Origin: Candidatus Sericytochromatia bacterium
GTDB taxonomy: Bacteria > Cyanobacteriota > Sericytochromatia > S15B-MN24 > JAQBPE01
Assembly (NCBI GenBank): GCA_040400605.1
Contig: JBBAPZ010000026.1
Coordinates: forward strand, 1 to 42,887
Reading direction: 5' to 3'
Length of the DNA: 42,887 bases
Shown: positions 26,975 to 36,452 of the stretch, piece by piece
Layout: the number at the start of each line of letters is the position of its first letter
Position numbering within the stretch: the first letter of the stretch is position 1
Position numbers and translations under genes: made by a program
The notes under the pieces: model-generated
Seen by the model: only the letters and a program-made list of their open reading frames with translations
What the model was told of the DNA's origin: nothing
Databases searched by the model: none

Positions 26975-27502
26975 ATGAAGACTCACGACACACCGACCGA
27001 TGTGATGGTGCACTTCGCGTTGGCGAGCCTCAAAAATCTCAAGGTGCTTTGGGATACACAGACGCAGGAACGCACGCAACTCGATTGGGAGAATGCGACG
27101 CGTCGTGTGAATGATGAGACCTTGGATGCACTGAGCCAGACCGTGAGCGCTTGGCACAAAGCCATGCAGGTAGATGCGGGCTGGGATGCCCTTAAGGTAA
27201 GCGCCGTGACAGCCCTTGAAGGCGCGCAGCAGGTACTGGGTGTCGCGGCGGAGGAGGCGGAACGCATCCGTGTGATTCGCACGCGGGCACGCTTGGCCGG
27301 GGCTGACCTCGAATACTGGAAAAAGCAGATTGAATTAAGCTTTGATGCGCTGAACGCTCTGGATGCACTGCGCAAACAAGGTTCAACATCCAAAGAAGCG
27401 TCGACTGTTCGCCCCGGGATGGTCACACGCGTTGACATCGACTCCGAAGCCTACGCGGCTTCCGGGCGAAGCGATCGCCCGGAACGTGTCGCAACCCACT
27501 AA
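26975..27502 (+). CDS. Hypothetical helical/coiled-coil protein, 175 aa
   Basis: GGGAGA upstream of ATG; amphipathic helical composition; no motif recognised. Confidence 0.6.
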   Translation: MKTHDTPTDVMVHFALASLKNLKVLWDTQTQERTQLDWENATRRVNDETLDALSQTVSAWHKAMQVDAGWDALKVSAVTALEGAQQVLGVAAEEAERIRVIRTRARLAGADLEYWKKQIELSFDALNALDALRKQGSTSKEASTVRPGMVTRVDIDSEAYAASGRSDRPERVATH

Positions 27503-27547
27503 AGCCCTGTGCGGCACCAACCTCGCGCGAGCAGTCTCGATGGGCGA

Positions 27548-28228
27548 TCACCGTGACAATACCGAAGGGCCCGTCGCAATGTAAACACCTGTCAGGTCCT
27601 GTTCATCGCGCAGCAGGTTTTCGAGTTCGTCTTCAATGGTGAGGACGTGAATTCGTGCCTGAAAGTCGCGGTCTGGCGCATCACCCCAGACAGGCGTTGC
27701 CGCTTCGCCCCCCTTGAACGAATAGACCTCATGACGCCCATCCCGACGCACTCTCCCCGTCGACACCATCACGTGGGCACCGCCGTCGAGGGAAACCAGA
27801 TGGCCGCGGGGAATCGCGCCGCCATCCAGGCGCACGCGCGACCCCTCAATGGCGAGGGGTACACGCGTGTGCCCCTCAGGGAACATCACTGCCCGAAACC
27901 CCGCAGGATTACCCGCCGGGATGCTGGCCATCAGTCGTTCAGCTTCGCCGTTGCGCAGCAACCCCTGGGCGATCGCCACACGAAACAACAACGAATAACA
28001 ATGGTCCGTCCGATCACGCCAATGTGGATGCGACCCTGCCTCATAATGCGGCATGCGAGCCGGATACCGCCGCAATTCATCCAATCCGTCGCACAAGGCG
28101 GCGAGGCGATGCGAACGACCCGATTCCCATCGATCCCGACTGACCGCACCAGAAGACGGTTCACGCCGAGCTGGCACGGCACTTGGCATAATGGCCGGCA
28201 CGAAAAAAGACGCTAAAACTGGGCGCAT
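27548..28228 (-). CDS. Hypothetical protein with NlpC/P60-like Cys/His pattern
   Basis: YEAGS...DHCYSLLFRV...G and PRGHLVSL...HVMVSTG. Start may be ATG 28189, because 28228 lies inside a strong hairpin. Confidence 0.5.
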   Translation of the reverse strand: MRPVLASFFVPAIMPSAVPARREPSSGAVSRDRWESGRSHRLAALCDGLDELRRYPARMPHYEAGSHPHWRDRTDHCYSLLFRVAIAQGLLRNGEAERLMASIPAGNPAGFRAVMFPEGHTRVPLAIEGSRVRLDGGAIPRGHLVSLDGGAHVMVSTGRVRRDGRHEVYSFKGGEAATPVWGDAPDRDFQARIHVLTIEDELENLLRDEQDLTGVYIATGPSVLSR

Positions 28229-28250
28229 AACCGGATTATGCGCCCAGTTT
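28205..28250 (-). terminator. Intrinsic terminator candidate after the M61-trmK-M20 operon
   Basis: Perfect 15-bp inverted repeat AAACTGGGCGCATAA-CCGGA-TTATGCGCCCAGTTT (28216-28250), followed on the minus strand by TAGCGTCTTTTTT; about 24 nt after the M20 stop. Confidence 0.65.
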
Positions 28251-28273
28251 GGTTCAATCTTGCGTGGATGCGG

Positions 28274-29638
28274 TCAAAACTGACTGATGAGGTCGAAATA
28301 ATGCCCAAAAGCACGCATGCCCCCTGATGCCATCTGCCAGTCGAAAAACTCGTTGGGTGCGTGGTAACCGTGTTCCGGTAACGACAGCCCGATGAACATA
28401 ATTGGACAACCCAGATGACGCTGCATGCTCACCACCGCCCCGATGCTGCCACCCTCGCGCACAAAGGCCGGGTCAACCCCAAACGCCAGGCGCAAAGAAC
28501 TGCGAATGGCGTCACTGTAAGCGCCTTGGGCGCTGCCTTCATACGGTTCGAGCAAGCCACCCGCCTCGACGATCACATCAGGTGCACGCGCAGCAACGAA
28601 AGCCTTGACCCGTTCGAGCACCTCAGCGGGCTTGAGATCCGGGACCAGCCGCATCGAGATTTTAGCCTCCGCCCTGGGAGGGACGATCGCCTTGATGCCA
28701 GGCCCCGTGTAGCCACCCACGATGCCATGCACCTCAAACGTCGGCTGTGACCAAATCGCCTGGGTCACCTCGGCGGGGTCTTGCATGCGCAAGCAATGCA
28801 AGCCGTGTGCACGCTGAAATTCGGCCGTATCAAAGCCGGACGCCAAAAACTGCGCCACCTCTTCCGGTGAGGCCGGTTTCACGGACTCGTAAATGTCCGG
28901 AATATGAATGCGGCCAGTGCGTGCATCATACATGTCAGTAATCAACTGACACAACTCACCAATCGGATTTCGCGCCGCACCACCGGCCAAACCGGAATGC
29001 ACATCTTTGGTTCCCGTCTCAAGCAACAGACGAAAACCCAGCATCCCACGCAAACCCGTCGGCGCAGCCGGTTTGTCGCGCGCGATCCAGATTGTGTCTG
29101 ACACCAGCACGGAGTCAGTCGCCAATTCCGTCGCGTGGGCCGCTAAAAACCCAGCGAAATGCGGGCTGCCAATCTCCTCCTCAAACTCCCAAATCAACGT
29201 GATGTTCAGCGGAAGGCTCCGTTCACGCGCGGCCAAAGCGGCCCAAAACGCCGCAAGTAAAGGCCCCTTGTCATCTGTTGCACCGCGTCCCCGATAAAAA
29301 TCACCATCCTTGATGAACGTAAACGGATCACCCACCCATTCCGGCTCGTTGGCGGGCTGTACATCCAAATGGTTGTAAATCGTCACGGTGCGCCTGGCAT
29401 CCGGATGCGTGATGCGCCCAACGACCACCGGATACCCCCCCGTCTCATACAAACGCGCCTCGACACCGTGGCGCTGCAGAAATGCCAGCGCCCAGGCAGC
29501 TCCCCGGTGAATGTGGGGCGCATACACCGGATCAGTACTGACCGTTGGAATCTCAACAATCTCGGCCAACGCCGCCTCATAGGCGTCGCGTTCCCGTGCA
29601 ATGAAAGCCTCTATTGAAAAGGGCAGGGTTTCAAACAT
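28274..29638 (-). CDS. M20 family dipeptidase (Dug1/CNDP-like)
   Basis: YNHLDVQP, GRGATDDKG, EFEEEIGS, DVHSG, EGGSI, YHAPNE. Confidence 0.92.
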   Translation of the reverse strand: MFETLPFSIEAFIARERDAYEAALAEIVEIPTVSTDPVYAPHIHRGAAWALAFLQRHGVEARLYETGGYPVVVGRITHPDARRTVTIYNHLDVQPANEPEWVGDPFTFIKDGDFYRGRGATDDKGPLLAAFWAALAARERSLPLNITLIWEFEEEIGSPHFAGFLAAHATELATDSVLVSDTIWIARDKPAAPTGLRGMLGFRLLLETGTKDVHSGLAGGAARNPIGELCQLITDMYDARTGRIHIPDIYESVKPASPEEVAQFLASGFDTAEFQRAHGLHCLRMQDPAEVTQAIWSQPTFEVHGIVGGYTGPGIKAIVPPRAEAKISMRLVPDLKPAEVLERVKAFVAARAPDVIVEAGGLLEPYEGSAQGAYSDAIRSSLRLAFGVDPAFVREGGSIGAVVSMQRHLGCPIMFIGLSLPEHGYHAPNEFFDWQMASGGMRAFGHYFDLISQF

Positions 29639-30341
29639 TCAGGTACTCCTTGGCTTCTTCGACAGGGACAACCCATTCACCATCCAGCGCACGTCGCCAG
29701 ATTTCATATTCACGCATGCCATCAGGGCCTGAACGACGCTTGGCACGATGCAACTGTCGCTCAAAATAAGCCCGGATGTCAGGCGATCGCTCAGTCAGCA
29801 GCAATGGTCCAATATGACACATCCACTCACGATCCGCACAGCCTGCCGCATAAGCAGGGTCCGCCCCCGACACAGGGAGCAGGCGCAAAATCGGATAATC
29901 CCGCCCGCCTTCGTAAACAACCATCTCGCGGGAGAGGTGCCACCCATTTTGCAACGCCCACTGTCGAATCAGCCACGGCTCCTGGTTGGGTGCCACAATC
30001 AATTGCTTGCAAGAACACAACGCCCGAGGCGCCGCGCTCAATATGCCAACGATCGCCCGCCCACCCATACCTGCAATCACCAGCGCATCACACGCGGCTT
30101 CCACCAAGGGTAAAAGCCCTTCGCCCTGCCGGAATCGCAACCCGGCAGGACGCCTGCCCTTCAGACGCGCACAGGCCTGTTCCAAGGGCGCCTGATACCG
30201 ATCCGTCGCAATCGCCTCACGCACAATCCTCCGCTCAATGGCTGCCACCGGTACCAGCGCGTGATCCGTCCCTACATCCCCCAAACACACACCCGGGGTG
30301 AGCAAGGACACAATCGCCTCGAGTCGGTCGGACAGCCGCAT
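29631..30341 (-). CDS. trmK: tRNA (adenine22-N1)-methyltransferase
   Basis: MRLSDRLEAI, DVGTDHALVP, GEGLLPL, VIAGMGGRAI, IVAPN; start reset to ATG 30341. Confidence 0.85.
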   Translation of the reverse strand: MRLSDRLEAIVSLLTPGVCLGDVGTDHALVPVAAIERRIVREAIATDRYQAPLEQACARLKGRRPAGLRFRQGEGLLPLVEAACDALVIAGMGGRAIVGILSAAPRALCSCKQLIVAPNQEPWLIRQWALQNGWHLSREMVVYEGGRDYPILRLLPVSGADPAYAAGCADREWMCHIGPLLLTERSPDIRAYFERQLHRAKRRSGPDGMREYEIWRRALDGEWVVPVEEAKEYLNV

Positions 30342-30345
30342 CAAG

Positions 30346-32061
30346 CTAACCGACGAGCGTCGCGGCGCCTGTTCGACCCCACAACCACGCCTCTCGAAGC
30401 CTGGTCTGCGCTTGACCATCACCGCCACGTACCACCAAGGTGAATTCAGGATCGATGCCAAGCGTCACCTCGCACTCGTGCAAACGCCCCCGCCTGAAAT
30501 AATGCACCGACACCAAAGCACCTGGTTCGTGCCGGTTCAAGATCGCTTTCAGGTTGCTGGCGCTGACTTGCTCACCACCCAACGCGACGATGACATCACC
30601 AGCCATCAAGCCGGCTGCCTGGGCAGCCCCTTCAGCCAACACCTTCTCGATACCAACCCCGCCGGCCACCGCCTTCGGCGTCAACTGCAAAGAAGGCGAC
30701 TGACGCGTCAGTACCAACTGCAAGCCAATCGGCGCCAACAACTCGTCCCAGTCAAAATCTTCCCGACCCCACAGATAACGAGACCACACATCCTCCAGTG
30801 ACGCCCCCAGCAATTCTTCCGCCACGTCACACACCACCCGCGGCTCGTAGGGGATATCCGGGATTCCGTAACGCGTCCACATCTCGCGCATCACATCCTC
30901 CAGACCCACCCGGTTGTCGGAACGGGCACGCAAGGTGACATCAAGCGCCACGCCAAGCAAATGGCCTTTGACATAATAGTTGAGCGCACCGTTCCAACGA
31001 TCGTCCCCGAAATGCCACGTTGTCCAACTCGCCTCTTCCAGACTCATGTTACGACGACCCGGCATCTCCAGCATGTGACGAATGTTCGACGTGATGGCAC
31101 GCAAATGCTGCGTCGGGGAACGCAAACCCGCACGCAGCATCCACACATCGGTGAAATATTCGGTAAACCCTTCAACCACCCACAAGCCCGTCGTATGCGC
31201 CTCGCGCGTGTAGTCGAAAGGCCCCAAACCAAGCGGTCGCAAGCGCTTGACATTCCAGAGATGAAAAAACTCGTGCGCCGTGATGGCAAGCAAGCCATCC
31301 CGCACGGCCGTATCCGAAATGGGTCCCGTGATAATCGTGGAGTTCCGGTGCTCCAACCCGTTTAAAAAACCCGCATCCGTTTCCAAATACATAAACGTGT
31401 AGCGCGTCAGCGGTGGACGACCCCAAAAACCGGTGGCCGTCGCAACGATCGCTTCAAGCTCCGGCACCAACACCGCTGGGTCAAAGCCTGTGGCACCTTC
31501 ATACACCACCTCATACCGGATGCCATCGTGTTCGAAGTCGCAACGCCTGAACTGTCCCGCTTGCAATGGACAATCAATGAACGTTTCGTAATCGGACGCC
31601 TCAAACGTCGTCGCGCTCAAAGCATCAAGCCCTGTGGCCACGTACCAGCCTTCGGGCAATTGCAGGCTCAAGCGCACCGACCAATCGAGCTTGTGGCCTT
31701 CAATGTAGCAGGCCAAAGTCCCCGGGTTCAAAAACGCATGATTGGCGTCGAGTTGACCCTGATGAATCTCGGGCTTGTTGGCGAACACGTCATAACGCAC
31801 CGTCGCGCCGTCTCCGGCATTATGGATGCGCCAGGTTTGCCAGTTCAGGCGGGTGACGGATAAAGCGTGGCCATCTCGCGTGCTTTCAGCCACCAGATTG
31901 CGAATGTTGCGCGCGTTATCAACAATTTTGTAGGCGCCGGGCAACCACGCGGGCAAGGTCAAATCCAGATGCGGCCCTTCGTGAGTGGGAATGTCGATTG
32001 TCACGCCCACCAGATGGGTGTGGGGTGCGCGAAGGTCAAAAGTGTAATGCACACACGACAT
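30346..32061 (-). CDS. M61 family aminopeptidase with C-terminal PDZ domain
   Basis: LPAWLPGAY, GLEHRNST, AHEFFHLWNVKRLRP, LWVVEGFTEY, YYVKG, AAGLMAGDVIVALGG (PDZ); AAAGGAG before ATG 32061. Confidence 0.92.
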   Translation of the reverse strand: MSCVHYTFDLRAPHTHLVGVTIDIPTHEGPHLDLTLPAWLPGAYKIVDNARNIRNLVAESTRDGHALSVTRLNWQTWRIHNAGDGATVRYDVFANKPEIHQGQLDANHAFLNPGTLACYIEGHKLDWSVRLSLQLPEGWYVATGLDALSATTFEASDYETFIDCPLQAGQFRRCDFEHDGIRYEVVYEGATGFDPAVLVPELEAIVATATGFWGRPPLTRYTFMYLETDAGFLNGLEHRNSTIITGPISDTAVRDGLLAITAHEFFHLWNVKRLRPLGLGPFDYTREAHTTGLWVVEGFTEYFTDVWMLRAGLRSPTQHLRAITSNIRHMLEMPGRRNMSLEEASWTTWHFGDDRWNGALNYYVKGHLLGVALDVTLRARSDNRVGLEDVMREMWTRYGIPDIPYEPRVVCDVAEELLGASLEDVWSRYLWGREDFDWDELLAPIGLQLVLTRQSPSLQLTPKAVAGGVGIEKVLAEGAAQAAGLMAGDVIVALGGEQVSASNLKAILNRHEPGALVSVHYFRRGRLHECEVTLGIDPEFTLVVRGGDGQAQTRLREAWLWGRTGAATLVG

Positions 32062-32229
32062 GAGGCGAGCTCCTTTTTTGTAACCATTATAACGTTTCAA
32101 TCGCAGACCGTCCCCGTACTCGACACGTTTGGGCGCACAAGTTTGCGTCTGTGTGTACAATGTTTGATGTGTCAACGACGACGCGCCGCGACATGGCGTC
32201 GCATCGATTTACGGAGGGAGAGTCTGCCC

Positions 32230-33360
32230 ATGCCCCAGGCAAATGTTCATCAGGATCATTCATCAACGAGCGACACCGCGGCTTTGTTGGGTATCGATCA
32301 CGTTCAGTTTTGGGTTGGCAATGCCAAGCAGGCAGCCTATTTTTATCGCCATGCCCTCGGATTTAGCCTGGCGGCTTACGCGGGCCCGGAAACCGGTGTG
32401 ATGGATTCAGCCAGTTATGTGCTGCGCCAGGGTGACATTGCTTTGGTTTTCACCTGTGCACTGGGGCCGGAAGGTGCCATTGCCGCGCACGTGCGCGAGC
32501 ACGGCGATGGTGTGCGGGATGTCGCTTTTCGCGTACGTGATGCTGCCAAGACCTACGACGTGTTGCGCGCCCGGGGTGCACAATGTGCGGGTCAACCCAG
32601 TCGCGTCGATAATGCGGACGGCACACTCGTGCGGGCGGCGATCGCAACTTATGGTGACACCGTGCATAGCCTGATTGAACGCGACGCTTACCGCGGGGTC
32701 TTTCTGCCAGGCTACCAGGCGCGCGAAGAGGGTTTGACCGACAACGCAGGCTTGGGACGCATCGATCACGTCGTGGGGAACGTGGGCTGGAACGAAATGA
32801 GCCAGTGGGTGGATCACTACGTCAACGTGCTAGGCTTCCACCCGTTCGTCTCCTTCGATGACAGCGACATCTCAACCGATTACACAGCCCTGCGTTCGGT
32901 GGTGGTCGCCAGTCCAACCGAAGTCATCAAATTGCCCATCAATGAGCCCGCAGCCGGCAAGAAGCGTTCGCAAATCGAAGAGTACATCGATTTTTATCGG
33001 GGGCCAGGCGTGCAACACCTGGCCTTGACCACCGCCGATATCATCCAAAGCGTGCGTTGGCTCAAAGCGCACGGCGTTGAGTTCTTGACCCCGCCAGCGA
33101 CCTACTACGAACATCTCGGCACTCGACTTGAAGGACTGGACCTGCGTGAGGACTTTGAGGCACTCAAAGCGTTGGGTATCTTGATCGACCGCGACGAGAA
33201 AGGCTACCTTCTTCAAATCTTTACCAAACCGTTTACGGATCGCCCCACACTTTTCTTCGAAATCATCCAACGCCGCGGTTCCGACAGCTTCGGCAAAGGC
33301 AATTTCAAAGCCCTTTTCGAAGCCATCGAATTGGAACAGGCTCGCCGCAATACCCTCTAA
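32230..33360 (+). CDS. hppD: 4-hydroxyphenylpyruvate dioxygenase
   Basis: DHVQFWVGNAKQAA, HGDGVRDVAF, IDHVVGNV, PINEPA.GKKRSQIEEY, GPGVQHLAL, LLQIFTKP, FFEIIQR.G..FGKGNFKALFEAIE. Confidence 0.97.
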   Translation: MPQANVHQDHSSTSDTAALLGIDHVQFWVGNAKQAAYFYRHALGFSLAAYAGPETGVMDSASYVLRQGDIALVFTCALGPEGAIAAHVREHGDGVRDVAFRVRDAAKTYDVLRARGAQCAGQPSRVDNADGTLVRAAIATYGDTVHSLIERDAYRGVFLPGYQAREEGLTDNAGLGRIDHVVGNVGWNEMSQWVDHYVNVLGFHPFVSFDDSDISTDYTALRSVVVASPTEVIKLPINEPAAGKKRSQIEEYIDFYRGPGVQHLALTTADIIQSVRWLKAHGVEFLTPPATYYEHLGTRLEGLDLREDFEALKALGILIDRDEKGYLLQIFTKPFTDRPTLFFEIIQRRGSDSFGKGNFKALFEAIELEQARRNTL

Positions 33361-33396
33361 AAAGAGCAGCGCCACCCTTCACAACCAAGGTGGCGC
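33358..33396 (-). terminator. Terminator hairpin between convergent hppD and oligoendopeptidase F
   Basis: GCGCCACC/GGTGGCGC stem (33369-33396); minus-strand tail TGCTCTTTTT. Confidence 0.55.
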
Positions 33397-33407
33397 AACC
33401 CAAACGT

Positions 33408-35195
33408 TTAGCGCTTGGCTGACGGAATCGCCGCTTCGAATTCGTCCACCAAGCGCGTCATCCCGTTCAATCCTTGGCGCCAGAAGTTGGGGTCGTGAAT
33501 GTCCATACCGACGTCAGCCAAGATTTCCGTCACTGGCCGCGAGCCGCCTGCACGCAAGATTTCGAGCAGTTTAGGCACAAACGATTCGCCTTCTTCCAGA
33601 TACTGCTGATACAAGGCGTATACCAATAACTGCCCGAACGCGTAACTGTAGCAGTAAAAGCGTGATTGAATCAGATGCGGAACGCTGATCCAACCCCAGC
33701 GATCCGTTTCACTTCGAATCACCGCGCACCCCGTCAAGTTCACATTTTGGCGTTCCCAGAGCTCACAAAAAATCTCCGCGCTCACAAAACCCTCACGACG
33801 CCGCGCGTGTGCCAATTTCTCCCACCGTGTGACCATCACTTGACGCATGACCGTATTGATACCAGTTTCGATGCGCGATGCCATCAATTGTAATCGGACG
33901 TCGGGATCAGTTTGCTCCTGCAACAGACGATTGACCGTGATGAGTTCAGCAAATGTTGAGGCGGTTTCAGCCAACGGAATGATCGGATGAAAACTCTGCA
34001 GCGGCAGCGATTCTCCAGCCAACATAAAATGAATGCCGTGACCCAACTCGTGAGCCAAGGTGCTCACCTCATCAAGTTTCCCCGTAAAATTCAACAACAC
34101 ATAGGGCTGCATGCCGGGCCATAACCCAGCACAAAAAGCACCGTCTTGCTTGCCGGGAGCTGGCGGTACATCGATGCGCCGGTTTTCAAAAAACGTTTGC
34201 GCAAGCCTTCCAAACTCCGGAGAAAACGATTGAAACGCATCCATGACGATTTCTTGCGCCTCAGCAAAGCAAATGGTTTGCTCGGAGCGCGTTAATGGTG
34301 CCAAGGTGTCGTGTGAGCGGAAATCATCCAGGCCGAGAACCTCAGCTTTCAAGCGATAATAACGCTGCACCAATGGGTAATGCGCTTCAGTGGCACCCAT
34401 CAAGGCATCAATGACACCCTCATCGAGATCATCACCAAGCAAGGTCTGCGCCATCGGATCATCATAATGACGCAGATCCATGCTCTGGCGATGATCCTCA
34501 AAAATGGTGTTAAAAATGAACGTTAACACATGGGCGCGCTCAGCAAACGCCTGGTTGATGCTGATGGTCGCGGCCTCCCGCACCGTCCGATCCGGCGACT
34601 GCCGCAATGCACGCGCCTCCGACAAAGTCAGCGTGCCCGCCCCCGGAACATCAATCCGCATGGCTGCACAGACTTCCGTGTAAAGCTGTTGCCACGCCTG
34701 CTGTCCCGTGACATCCTTCAGGGTCAGTACGCGCTCCTCACCCTCCGGCAAAGTATGCGGTATAAAGTTGCGCAGCCGTCGCAAATAATGCGACCAACCC
34801 CCAAGAACCGGTGACGCAGCCAGGCTTTCGAAGGCGTCAGCGCTTAGCTGCTGCAATTCCAATTCAAAAAATTGAGTATCCGCCTCAATCGCACTGAGCG
34901 CACCCCGCACCCGCCCCAGCAAACGCTGGATCGCATCATCCGTGCTATCCGCACTGAATGCCAGCCATGCATAGGCCATCAAACGCCAGCATTGGATGCT
35001 GTGCGCCTCAAACGCGCGAAGTGCCACGGCCAAAGCGGCTTCATCGAGGGTATGAACTTTCCCGCGATACTGCTCACGCAAGTGCGACGCCCCCGCCCTG
35101 ACCACGTCAAGATCCCGCAGGATCGCAGGGTCATCCACACCCTCGTAAAACGCCGACAAATCCCAGCGCGGCGCGGCTTCAATCGTTGCGCTCAT
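33408..35195 (-). CDS. pepF: M3B oligoendopeptidase F
   Basis: PRWDLS.FY, GKQDGAFC, PYVLLNF, TLAHELGHGIH, LAETASTFAE, FYCYSYAFG. Confidence 0.9.
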   Translation of the reverse strand: MSATIEAAPRWDLSAFYEGVDDPAILRDLDVVRAGASHLREQYRGKVHTLDEAALAVALRAFEAHSIQCWRLMAYAWLAFSADSTDDAIQRLLGRVRGALSAIEADTQFFELELQQLSADAFESLAASPVLGGWSHYLRRLRNFIPHTLPEGEERVLTLKDVTGQQAWQQLYTEVCAAMRIDVPGAGTLTLSEARALRQSPDRTVREAATISINQAFAERAHVLTFIFNTIFEDHRQSMDLRHYDDPMAQTLLGDDLDEGVIDALMGATEAHYPLVQRYYRLKAEVLGLDDFRSHDTLAPLTRSEQTICFAEAQEIVMDAFQSFSPEFGRLAQTFFENRRIDVPPAPGKQDGAFCAGLWPGMQPYVLLNFTGKLDEVSTLAHELGHGIHFMLAGESLPLQSFHPIIPLAETASTFAELITVNRLLQEQTDPDVRLQLMASRIETGINTVMRQVMVTRWEKLAHARRREGFVSAEIFCELWERQNVNLTGCAVIRSETDRWGWISVPHLIQSRFYCYSYAFGQLLVYALYQQYLEEGESFVPKLLEILRAGGSRPVTEILADVGMDIHDPNFWRQGLNGMTRLVDEFEAAIPSAKR

Positions 35196-35588
35196 CATTA
35201 CTCCGTCGCATTGAACGTCAATGCCCGCAACCGGTCCCGAAACCGACTTGTCGGGGTACTTGACACGATGTGGGTCATTCCATGGTTAAGCTGTTGCACT
35301 GACATCAAATGGCGCTCGCTTGAAGTTGAAGGCACGCATAACAACAGGTAGGACAGCTTGAATACCTGAGTTCCTCTAAACTGACCAACCCACATCAACG
35401 CGCGACCCGTTTCGAATAGCCGCCATTGCGTATCAAAACACGCGTGCACGTGAATTTCCAGTGTCAGGCACACACCTTGTCATAGGGGTGAAAAAAAGTT
35501 TGGCCAAGCTTTCCCTGCACGGACGCTCCAATCCCGTTACGTTTGTTGAATCGGAGAATGTATTCGTTCAACAGTTCAAGAGGAGGTC

Positions 35589-36248
35589 GTGATGCAAAAA
35601 GCGTGGCGTGTATTGACAGGAACCCTGTGTGTGGTGGCGGCTTTGACGGCGTGTCAGGCGGAGTCGCCGTCGTCGCGATTCGAGGGGCCAGCGTTTGAGC
35701 CGACGCCAGATATTTTACCGGAACCGAGTGCGACGCCAACCGTGCCACCCACACCCGCACCCACTCCGGTGCCGACACCGACGCCAACCCCAACGATCCC
35801 GGAAGCGCAGCGGGGCACCGAGCCTTTCCCGGCTGCACCGGCAGCCGGCACGGTCCTGCCGTTATCGGGGATCAAGGTCGAGTCCTTTCACGGTCTGGAT
35901 ACGGCATTTGGTGCCATTGACGGGCGCCTGAGCACCCAGTGGAGCGCGCGTCAGGGGGTGGGTGAATCAGTCTTTTTGCTGTTGGATCTGAACCGCCCGG
36001 AAACAGTTGCCGCGGTTGATTTGCTGGCCGATGCCACACCGGCCACGGAGTGCGTCTTTGCGGTCGATGCGTCCCTGGATCGCACCGCTTGGGTCACTTT
36101 GGGGTCAGGCCGTGCGCTGGGTTCCAATCTGAGGCCAGCCTGGGGCACAGCCCAATTTCAACCGATTCAAACCCGTTACCTGCGGGTTCGTCCCAGCAAT
36201 TGGGGCCGCTCCTGGGTCGCTGTATGGGAGCTTCAGCTCCGCCGCTGA
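35589..36248 (+). CDS. Lipoprotein with Pro/Thr linker and F5/8 type C (discoidin/CBM32-like) domain
   Basis: AGGAGG RBS; lipobox LTAC; PTPTPT linker; AIDGRLSTQWS, LLLDL, TRYLRV, VWELQL. Confidence 0.8.
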   Translation: MMQKAWRVLTGTLCVVAALTACQAESPSSRFEGPAFEPTPDILPEPSATPTVPPTPAPTPVPTPTPTPTIPEAQRGTEPFPAAPAAGTVLPLSGIKVESFHGLDTAFGAIDGRLSTQWSARQGVGESVFLLLDLNRPETVAAVDLLADATPATECVFAVDASLDRTAWVTLGSGRALGSNLRPAWGTAQFQPIQTRYLRVRPSNWGRSWVAVWELQLRR

Positions 36249-36260
36249 TGGGCGCGTGGA

Positions 36261-36452
36261 CTACAAAAAGTCGGTACGCGGGCTGGCTCGTCCGCCGCGA
36301 TGCGTCAGCCGCTGCGTCAAACGGTCCCGGTCAGGATTGGCCGGGTGCCGTTCCGGAAAATCAATCTCACCCTGATTGGCAACCTGGAGCAACCGCTTGG
36401 AATCCAACGGCGCCCACGTCCGTTGATCCGATTGGCGATTTCGCTTTGTCAT
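36261..36452 (-). CDS. Small basic hypothetical protein, 63 aa
   Basis: Strong AAGGAGG RBS before ATG 36452 (MTKRNRQSDQ...); the longer 168-aa track ORF has no RBS. Confidence 0.5.
   Translation of the reverse strand: MTKRNRQSDQRTWAPLDSKRLLQVANQGEIDFPERHPANPDRDRLTQRLTHRGGRASPRTDFL

Noticed and set aside
31867..32229. Long 5' extensions of hppD and M61 (likewise GntR, THUMP methyltransferase, trmK, nagA)
   Set aside because: They overlap neighbouring genes or promoters; downstream starts fit the family N-termini and mostly have better RBSs.
35198..35473. 91-aa ORF abutting pepF
   Set aside because: No RBS or motif; more likely the divergent promoter region.
35725..35800. DNA-level repeat (CCGACGCC-like units)
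   Set aside because: Explained by the Pro/Thr linker of the discoidin lipoprotein.
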